NCBI GenBank assembly: GCA_963732005.1
Contig: CAVSXT010000005.1
Span: forward strand, 237,788 to 301,787
From: an uncultured Acidobacteriota bacterium
Lineage (GTDB): Bacteria; Acidobacteriota; Thermoanaerobaculia; Multivoradales; UBA5704
Reading direction: 5' to 3'
DNA length: 64,000 nt
Shown here: positions 30,389 to 37,494 of the stretch, in pieces
Position numbering within the stretch: position 1 is the stretch's first letter
How the letters are laid out: the number at the start of each line of letters is the position of its first letter
Program-made: the position numbers and the translations under genes
The notes under the pieces: generated by a model
What the model was told of the DNA's origin: nothing
What the model saw: only the letters and a program-made list of their open reading frames with translations
Database searches by the model: none

Positions 30389-31541
30389 TCCTCTTCCTGA
30401 AGAGTAGGAACGTCGACATGGAGTCGCAATCCCACCTGACTGATCTGGTCTCTTCCGACAGCTGGTGCAGGACTACCTCAAGACGTGGGCCGACCAGTCG
30501 CAATCCCACCTGACTAATCTGGTCTCTTCCGACCCTGTCCGTGGCGGTCATCCTGTTCATCGCAGGGGTCATGTTCGTCGCAATCCCACCTGACTGATCT
30601 GGTCTCTTCCGACCAAGCTGCCGGACCGCTATGGAGGCGGAGCGCTGGGCAGTTAAGTCGCAATCCCACCTGACTGATCTGGTCTCTTCCGACGCTATGA
30701 ACCTTTCCCTTGAAAAGGCGACTGATTTCAGAAGTCGCAATCCCACCTGACTGATCTGGTCTCTTCCGACGACACCCGCGTCGACGCCCCCACTCTCATC
30801 ACCTTCCCGAACCGTCGCAATCCCACCTGACTGATCTGGTCTCTTCCGACTGTTCTAAAGGGCAACCAACCGCCTCCCCTCGGGCAGTCGCAATCCCACC
30901 TGACTGATCTGGTCTCTTCCGACCCGTATCCCAGACCGGCAGTGTTCTGCCCCTAGTGAGGTCGCAATCCCACCTGACTGATCTGGTCTCTTCCGACTCC
31001 TTCCCTCGACCGCGACCGAGAAGCCCAAGGCCACCACCTATCAAGTCGCAATCCCACCTGACTGATCTGGTCTCTTCCGACAGCGAGGCGATGAAGGAAG
31101 CTCGCGTGCTCGTCGAATCTCTCGGTCGCAATCCCACCTGACTGATCTGGTCTCTTCCGACCGAAACACCCGCTGTATGTTCCCTATCACTACGCGCCGT
31201 CGCAATCCCACCTGACTGATCTGGTCTCTTCCGACAACCTCCTTGCCGACGGCCTCAGCATCGAGGACTTCGGTCGCAATCCCACCTGACTGATCTGGTC
31301 TCTTCCGACCTGACCAGCTATCCCGCGGCCCCCGCGACGCTGGGTGAGTCGCAATCCCACCTGACTGATCTGGTCTCTTCCGACGACCAGACGAACCCCC
31401 ATCTCATCCGGGCGAAGAAGCCCCTCGCCGTCGCAATCCCACCTGACTGATCTGGTCTCTTCCGACGGAGCGTACGGCCATGGAGCGGGTCAAGTTCCAA
31501 AGAAGTCGCAATCCCACCTGACTGATCTGGTCTCTTCCGAC

Positions 31542-31720
31542 TGCCGCCTTTTTAACTTCCTTATTATCAAAGAGTTGGAGGCCCTCCGGCCGTTACCTGC
31601 CGAAGCGGGCTCTTTCAGGAGAGAAAATCGTCCTTGGCTTGGCCGTCGCCGGTCATCGTAAGTGCTGAGGAGATGTGAGTTAGACGCTCGGCCGTTACCT
31701 GGGTGCCAAAATGGCGAATT
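31542..31720 (-). promoter_or_regulatory. Putative CRISPR leader
   Basis: Non-coding and AT-rich next to the last repeat (TTTTTAACTTCCTTATTATCAAAGAGTT); contains a 13-bp direct repeat CGGCCGTTACCTG at 31587 and 31689. The distal boundary is approximate. Confidence 0.65.
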
Positions 31721-32040
31721 TGGCTTGGCATCATCTATGCTCCGGCGCCGCTCAAGCCGAGATAGAGATCCGGATGGGCACGATGCCCAGGATGTCTTCG
31801 GGGCTCACACCCAATAGATTCGCACCCTGTCGTGGGCCTCGTCAATCACGCATGAAATTCGTGTTCCGATTGCGGCGGCGCATTGGCGCGCGGCGGTGGT
31901 TTCAAGGCTCGCATTGCGCGGCGCGTTCGTGCCGGAGGAGCTGGCCATGATCGTGGACTGCAAGGGCCTGCGCCGGAGCCTCTTGGACCCAGCCTCCGGG
32001 CCTCTGGTCTCGAATGCTGCGCGGTGGCTTCGGCCAGGCG

Positions 32041-32499
32041 CTACGGCGACTGGTCTGCTTCATGGGCCGCGAGCAGGTCGGCCGAGGCCGTGGCGGCATG
32101 CGGGCTGCGGATCGCCTTGGGGAAGAGCACCGTGAGAGTCCTGAGCGGCAGGTGCCGGTCCCAGCACTGCCTGGGCTTGGCGTCGGTGCGCGTGGTGATG
32201 GCGACCGCGGCGACGTCGAGATAGCCGAGGTGCTCCCGGTCGGAGTCGCGATCGTCGATCGGGCTGGCGCGGAAGGAGCCGGAGAGCTCGAGCCAGTTGC
32301 CGTACACCCTGGTGATGCGATCGTCCGCGTCGTAGGGGTAGCCGTGGCGGTCGGCGTCGACCAGATCGACCCTGAGGCTCACCTGCTCGCCGGCGAAGTG
32401 ACCGATGACCAGCAGGGAAAGGTTGTGGCGGCCTGAAAAGTACGATTCGTCCGGGCGGATCCAGCCGGTGAGCAGGACGTCGCGGGCTTGCTGGTTCAT
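32041..32499 (-). CDS. Hypothetical protein (152 aa)
   Basis: ATG at 32499; protein-like beta-rich composition; same orientation as neighbours. Confidence 0.5.
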   Translation of the reverse strand: MNQQARDVLLTGWIRPDESYFSGRHNLSLLVIGHFAGEQVSLRVDLVDADRHGYPYDADDRITRVYGNWLELSGSFRASPIDDRDSDREHLGYLDVAAVAITTRTDAKPRQCWDRHLPLRTLTVLFPKAIRSPHAATASADLLAAHEADQSP

Positions 32500-32594
32500 C
32501 GCGGTCTCCGGGTGAAGTGCTTGCTGGTGGTGAATCGCTCGGGCTCGGTCGCGTCGGCGGTCTCTGGCGTGGCTGCTGGTGGCGAGGGCCGGGA

Positions 32595-33401
32595 TCACGA
32601 CATCCGCGCGGCGGCGTCGCGGTCCTCCGGGCCGGCGGTGTAGCGGCCGGCGCGGTCCAGGTTGTCGAGGGTCAGGACGATGCGCCCGGCCTCGGCGGTG
32701 ACCCGAGCGCGCTGCCCGGGGGTGAAACCGAGCCGCGCCAGCCAGCGGCCGGAGAAGCGGATGGACGGTAGGCCGGCGTCGGCGAGGGCGCGGGTGACGG
32801 CAAGGCTGCGGGGCGCCGGCCGCCGCGGCGAATCGAGCAGCCCGGCGCCCTGCGCGATGGCCTCGGCGACGAGGTCCATGGCTCCGTCCACGGCGGGGAT
32901 GTGAAAGCAGAGGCGGGCGGGGCGCGGGGCGGCAAGGCAGACGGCGCCCGCGGGGGAATCGGCGACCAGGCGCGGCGGTGGCGCCGCGGGCAGACGCCAC
33001 TCGACGGCGAGCAGCGAGCCGTCCACGGCCTGGGAGAGGCGGGCGAGCACGGGGACGCAGGGGGGGACGGATTGGCGCCAGAAGGCGAGCATGGCCGGGC
33101 CGAGGGGCCGCCCATTGGGATCGGAGGGGGCGAGACGGATGGCCAGCCTGACCCAACCGTCGGCGGTGAGCTCGAGATCCTGCGGCACCTCGAAGGAGCA
33201 CTGGACCGCGAAGCGCTTCCAGGGTTCCGGGTCGCCGCCGGTGGCGAGGGTCACATGCAGCTGCTGGCTGAGAATGGTTACCAAGGTGGCGCGGTAACCC
33301 GAGCGCTCGGCGGCATTGCGTGGAGTAGGTTGGGTCCGCACCACGGTGTCGGTGCAGCCGGCGATCTGGAGCAGGTAGGTATCGGTGTGCGGGAAGGTCA
33401 T
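32595..33401 (-). CDS. Protein with a C-terminal SymE-like (AbrB-fold) toxin domain
   Basis: C-terminal 'PSIRFSGRWLARLGFTPGQRARVTAEAGRIVLT' matches the SymE pattern P.I.L.G.WL...GF..G....V....G.L.I. Confidence 0.6.
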   Translation of the reverse strand: MTFPHTDTYLLQIAGCTDTVVRTQPTPRNAAERSGYRATLVTILSQQLHVTLATGGDPEPWKRFAVQCSFEVPQDLELTADGWVRLAIRLAPSDPNGRPLGPAMLAFWRQSVPPCVPVLARLSQAVDGSLLAVEWRLPAAPPPRLVADSPAGAVCLAAPRPARLCFHIPAVDGAMDLVAEAIAQGAGLLDSPRRPAPRSLAVTRALADAGLPSIRFSGRWLARLGFTPGQRARVTAEAGRIVLTLDNLDRAGRYTAGPEDRDAAARMS

Positions 33402-33417
33402 GAGATCGGCGCTCCTT

Positions 33418-34077
33418 TCAGCGGGCCGGGGCGGCGGGTGCGGTGGCCCGTCCGGCGAGATCGTTTAAACGCATCGCGGTGCCGCAGGGGCAGATGGGCA
33501 GGCCGGCGGCGATCCACTTGGCGGTGATGCGAGCGGTGTAACCGCAGCCCGGGCAGGCGACCTTGTGCAGGCGGGTGGTCTGCTTCCGCCGATCGGGATC
33601 GGCGACGAGGCCGGCATGGGGGAAGGTGCCGAGGCGGGCGGCGAGGTCGGCGAGGCGGGCGGCGAGCTCGGGGCCGGCGGTGGTGTCGGTCATGCGGCCG
33701 CGCAGGCCGAGGGCTAGGGCCAGGCGGCGGAAGGGCGGGCCGTGCTTGGCGCGGGTGCCGACGGCGGTGTGCACGAGCTCGTGGACCAGGACCTCGAGAA
33801 CCGGCAGGGGCTCGCCGAGCAGCGGCGAGACGAAAACCTGATAGATGCCGTCGCGCGAGGCCTCCGGCGGCCAGCACTCGCCGATGCGGCGGGAGCGGCG
33901 GGCAAGAGCGCCCACCGAAGGAAAACCAATCGAAACCTGGACCGCCGCCGGCACCGGGATTCCCTGGGACTGAAAGTCGGGCCGGAGGTGGTTGACGGCG
34001 CGATGCAGCCACGCCTCGCGGGTGGCGGCTGCCGGCGGTGATGGCAGGGGCGGGGCCGGTTTGGCGATCTTGAGCAT
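33418..34077 (-). CDS. SprT-like zinc metallopeptidase with C-terminal Zn ribbon
   Basis: 'VLVHELVH' (HExxH), 'HGPPFRRLA', 'CPGCG...CPCG'. Confidence 0.8.
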   Translation of the reverse strand: MLKIAKPAPPLPSPPAAATREAWLHRAVNHLRPDFQSQGIPVPAAVQVSIGFPSVGALARRSRRIGECWPPEASRDGIYQVFVSPLLGEPLPVLEVLVHELVHTAVGTRAKHGPPFRRLALALGLRGRMTDTTAGPELAARLADLAARLGTFPHAGLVADPDRRKQTTRLHKVACPGCGYTARITAKWIAAGLPICPCGTAMRLNDLAGRATAPAAPAR

Positions 34078-34199
34078 GGATAGATTGTATATCTAAATGG
34101 CAAACAAGTCAATCTTTCTCTCGAGACCGCGGGCGAAAAGCGAGCGCCTGAGGCGACCCTCGGGCCGGATCGGGAAGACGGCGGGGTGAGGCTAGGAAT

Positions 34200-34520
34200 C
34201 TACGGGCGAGGCGACTTGCGGGGGCGTCCGGGAGACTTCAGCTTGGGCACGGGTTCGCCGCGGCGGCGGGCGCGGGTGCGCTGCTGGCTGAGGCGCTGGC
34301 GGCGCCGGACCTCGGGATCGGTCGGAGGCTCCGGCAGCAGCTTGGAGATGGTGGCCGCCACCGAGGGAATGAGGCCGAAGGCCTCCGCCTGGGCCAGGAC
34401 GCCGGTGACGAGGATCTCCGTCTTCGTCAGGCCGCGGCGCTCGGCGAGCTGGTCGAGGAGCGCTCCGACCTCCGCGGAAACCCGAAGACCGATGTGCTGG
34501 CGGGGCGGCACGCCTGGCAT
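34200..34520 (-). CDS. Ribbon-helix-helix DNA-binding protein
   Basis: 'HIGLRVSAEVGALLDQLAERRGLTKTEIL'. Confidence 0.65.
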   Translation of the reverse strand: MPGVPPRQHIGLRVSAEVGALLDQLAERRGLTKTEILVTGVLAQAEAFGLIPSVAATISKLLPEPPTDPEVRRRQRLSQQRTRARRRGEPVPKLKSPGRPRKSPRP

Positions 34521-34680
34521 TGTCGCACAGCCGCCGCGGCGGCGCCCCGGAAGGGTGGCGACCGAAGCCAGGGACCGAGGTCGATCGCGTGCGCGCGGGG
34601 CAGCGCTGGGAGGTCGGAGGCTGCGGCCCGCGAGCGTTCTTTTTTAAGAATCAAAATATATATGTACTCGTCGCCGAGCC

Positions 34681-34829
34681 CTGTGGGAACTGTGGAAATC
34701 GCGCTTCTCAGCGATTTCCAAGGGACTGCGGGAAGGGTGGGAAACCGGCGAACAAGGGAGCGGTCCACAGGCCGCTGGCGGTGGGGAGCCGGTTTTCCAC
34801 GCTTTCCGCAGGCCCGGCAGTTTCCACAG
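34681..34829. other. Branched palindromic (three-way-junction) non-coding element
   Basis: Outer stem CTGTGGGAACTG/CAGTTTCCACAG; perfect 10-bp hairpin TGGAAATCGC/GCGATTTCCA (34693-34720); 26-bp stem GGACTGCGGGAAGGGTGGGAAACCGG/CCGGTTTTCCACGCTTTCCGCAGGCC. Confidence 0.75.
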
Positions 34830-35135
34830 TGGCCAAGAGGGAGGTGCTGGGTGCGTCCGCCGAGGGGTGGGCGGCGTCCGGCCAGAGCGCCCGAGATCCG
34901 TGGCCCGGCCTTGGGCGGTCGCGAGGTCGAGGGTGGTCTGAATGGGCCCGGCGAGGGAGGAAGAGCGCTCTTTCTGGTCTAGACCATATATATAGCTTGA
35001 CACAACTATGATTCCGACCATAGTGTCTTATGCCAGGTCCGATCCCGCCAGCGCCGGCTCCGGATGCTGTGGTCGGGCATGAGGTCTGGACCGCTTCCTG
35101 TCGGAAGGGATCCGTGTGGGAAAGGGGCAGCACAG

Positions 35136-35273
35136 ATGCGAGTCGATCGGGATCGTGGGCGGGTGGAGCGCGTGGAGCTGACGACGGGTCTTGACGAGGC
35201 GTCGCTGGCGAAGGTCAAGGGCGGCCTCAAGTCGGAGCGGGTCCAGGGGGACCCAGGGCCGGGCGGCGGCTAG
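35136..35273 (+). CDS. Small peptide with a double-glycine-type leader (45 aa)
   Basis: MRVDRDRGRVERVELTTGLDEASLAKVKGG-LKSERVQGDPGPGGG; RBS AAAGGGG. Confidence 0.5.
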   Translation: MRVDRDRGRVERVELTTGLDEASLAKVKGGLKSERVQGDPGPGGG

Positions 35274-35578
35274 CGGTCGGGTGTGATGTCTGGGCAGGCG
35301 GCGGGGCCGGGGGGAGCTTGGCGAATGTCCTCCCCGGCCTCGCGGCGTCTTGAGCGGGGCCGGGTGGGCGGGTGGACTGTCGACGCTCGCCGAGCCCAGG
35401 GGCGACTACCGCAAGCCGCTTCGATAAAATCAACTTATCGCAAGTCAGGAGTTGCCATGACCCCATCCGCGCCTGCCGTCGAGGCGGAACGCGCCGCGGC
35501 CGCCGGTGGCACGGCAGGTGGTGGAGAGGTTCGTTTACGAGAGGATCGTCGCGCCTGGCATGGAGCCGCCCATTCCGT

Positions 35579-36019
35579 TCAGCTCAAGTCGTCCGGGGGC
35601 GCCACGCCCGCCGCCGCCACCTGGCGCGGCCGCCGGGCCGCGCCGTCCCAAGCCAGCACCACGCGCGGGCGCGCGCGCCGCATGGCTTGAGGCGCGCCGC
35701 GGCCGGCCGCTGGGCCGCCGAGCGGCCTCGCCGGCCCCCTCGCCGGCGGTCGCGCCACCCGCCCCGCCGCCGGCGGTCGCCGGTGCCGCACCCGCCAGTA
35801 GGCGCAACATTCCAGCTCCACCGCCTTGAGCAGCCAGTCCCCTCTGTCGGCGTCCTCGTCCCAGGTCTCGACCGCGGCCAGGAGCGCCCGCTCCAGCACA
35901 TCCACCATGCTCGCCGGGGGAATCCGATATCCCGACAGGAGGCGCCGCAGCCCAGGCCGGATCAGCGAGACCACCAGCGTCATCGCCACCAGGTCCTGCT
36001 GCGAACCGTTGCCTTCCAT
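35579..36019 (-). CDS. Sigma-70 region-2-like protein lacking a recognisable region 4
   Basis: 'LRRLLSGYRIPPASMVDVLERALLAAVETWDE....DWLLKAVELECCAYWR' follows the ECF region-2 pattern, then a low-complexity tail. Confidence 0.45.
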   Translation of the reverse strand: MEGNGSQQDLVAMTLVVSLIRPGLRRLLSGYRIPPASMVDVLERALLAAVETWDEDADRGDWLLKAVELECCAYWRVRHRRPPAAGRVARPPARGPARPLGGPAAGRGAPQAMRRARPRVVLAWDGAARRPRQVAAAGVAPPDDLS

Positions 36020-36204
36020 TCTCGGCTCTCCTCAGCCCGGCCACCACACCGGCGCCTGCCTCTCCCGCCTCGACAGCTCTGCTTTCGCGTGCGCCGGGCT
36101 CGGCGGCGCCGCCCCGCAGCGGATCGCCGCCAGCCTCGCCGGACGCCCCGCCCTGCCACCAGGTCGCCCAGCACGGGTTGCTCCGCTCGCCCCGCCCGCC
36201 ATCG

Positions 36205-37494
36205 TCACAGCCCGGCCGCGGCGCCGAGCGGATCCTCGCTCTCGGCATGCCCGCGCAGCACGCGGTCGGCGAGCAGCCGCGGCGGCGTCAGCAGCGGCGG
36301 TCGGCCAGCACCGGTGACCGCCGCCCGCCGCAGCCGCCGTTTCCACTCGACGCAGCGCGCGTGCAAAGCTTCCGGCCGCTCCGCGGCGAGCCGCGACAGG
36401 CCCGCGAACCCCGACGCGAACCACCCGCCGGCGCCCGGGAACGCGACCGCCAGTGGGCGGGTCAGCTCCGCGACCGCGCCGAAGCGTCGCGCTTCGATCC
36501 GCAGCAGCACCTGCTCGAAGGTGGCGCGCGCCGCCTCCGCCGCGCTGCCGCGCTGCAGCAGCTCGCGGCGCACCGGCCGCAACAGCACCTCCGCCCGGCC
36601 ACGCTCCCCAGCCGCGGCGGCGATCCTCGCCTCCGCCCAGCGGCGCGCCACGGCTTCGGCAGGCGACGACGCGAGCGGCACCAGCGCCGCGGCGCGCCGC
36701 TGTTGCTCCTGCGCCGCATCGAGATCGCCCAGCGTCGCCGCGATCTCGGCCAGGCCCAGCCACAGTCGCGCCGCGAGCGAGGGTGCAAAGGCGGCATCGA
36801 GCAGCTGCAGCGCCAGCTCGCTCGCGGTCGCCGCGTTGACCAGGTCGCCGGTGTCGAGCAGCAGCAGCCCCAGCTCGGCCTGGCAGGCGGCCGCCGGCCC
36901 GGCGGCGCCGAGCCGCGCGAACAGCGAGCTGGCGCGCAGGAAGTGGCCGACCGCCGCGTCGACGTCGCCGCTGTCGGCCGCCAGCTGCGCCCGGCCGGCG
37001 CTTGCCAGCGCCGCCGCCTCGCAGGGGCCGCCGGCCGGGACGAACGCCTCCATGGCGCGGAAGCTGTCGTCGGCCAGGCGCAGCTGCGCCGCCTTGAGCC
37101 GTGCCTTGCCCGATAGCCAGTGGGCGAGCGCCGCCGCCTGGCGGGCCAGCCCCTGCGCATCGTCCGCCAAGACCGCGGCGAGCGCCGCGCCCAGCTCGGC
37201 GACCGGCCGCGCGTCGCCCGCTGGCGCGAACAGCTCGCTCTCCGCCCGCAGCGCCAGCAGCTTGACCAGGCTCGGCCGGCGATAGCGCGGCTGGTGCCGG
37301 GCGGCCGCCGCACGCTCGCGCGCCGGCAGTGCCAGCAGCTCCGCCGCCAGCTCTCCGTCCAGCCGGGCCGCCCGCATCAGGCCGGCGGCGCTGCCGGCCA
37401 TCCCGTAGGCGTAGGCGGCCGGTGGCATCGCCGGGCCGGGGGCCGGGCGCGCCGCCGTGCCGGCCTGGTCAGGACGCGCCGGCCGGAAGGGCAT
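36205..37494 (-). CDS. TPR-like alpha-helical repeat protein (divergent paralog, no HTH)
   Basis: Ala/Leu-rich helical hairpins; C-terminal segment resembles those of 37469, 39961 and 41432. Start uncertain. Confidence 0.6.
   Translation of the reverse strand: MPFRPARPDQAGTAARPAPGPAMPPAAYAYGMAGSAAGLMRAARLDGELAAELLALPARERAAAARHQPRYRRPSLVKLLALRAESELFAPAGDARPVAELGAALAAVLADDAQGLARQAAALAHWLSGKARLKAAQLRLADDSFRAMEAFVPAGGPCEAAALASAGRAQLAADSGDVDAAVGHFLRASSLFARLGAAGPAAACQAELGLLLLDTGDLVNAATASELALQLLDAAFAPSLAARLWLGLAEIAATLGDLDAAQEQQRRAAALVPLASSPAEAVARRWAEARIAAAAGERGRAEVLLRPVRRELLQRGSAAEAARATFEQVLLRIEARRFGAVAELTRPLAVAFPGAGGWFASGFAGLSRLAAERPEALHARCVEWKRRLRRAAVTGAGRPPLLTPPRLLADRVLRGHAESEDPLGAAAGL

Larger units (their letters stand above)
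28892..31541 (-). CRISPR. CRISPR array: 17 repeats (37 bp), 16 spacers (36-47 nt), no cas genes in window
   Basis: + strand repeat GTCGCAATCCCACCTGACTGATCTGGTCTCTTCCGAC starts at 28892 (3 mismatches), 28970, 30423, 30497 (1 mismatch), 30577, 30657, 30734, 30814, 30887, 30961, 31045, 31125, 31199, 31273, 31348, 31430, 31505. Minus orientation is inferred from the 3' end GGGATTGCGAC, the AT-rich leader at the high end and the degenerate repeat at the low end. Confidence 0.97.

Noticed and set aside
30276-31500. Several ORFs with repeating 'SEETRSVRWDCD' / 'VGRDQISQVGLR' motifs
   Set aside because: They are translations of CRISPR repeats, not repeat proteins.
28929-31504. Self-targeting spacers against genes in this window
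   Set aside because: No matches noticed by eye; a real alignment is needed, so no claim is made.
31703-31712. GTGCCAAAAT resembling the integrase arm repeat
   Set aside because: Single short match about 5 kb from the att site; compatible with chance.
28800-35100. cas genes (cas1/2/6/10, csm/cmr) or a tracrRNA near the array
   Set aside because: No ORF shows Cas1, Cas2, Cas6 G-rich loop, RAMP or HD/GGDD motifs, and no anti-repeat was seen outside the array.
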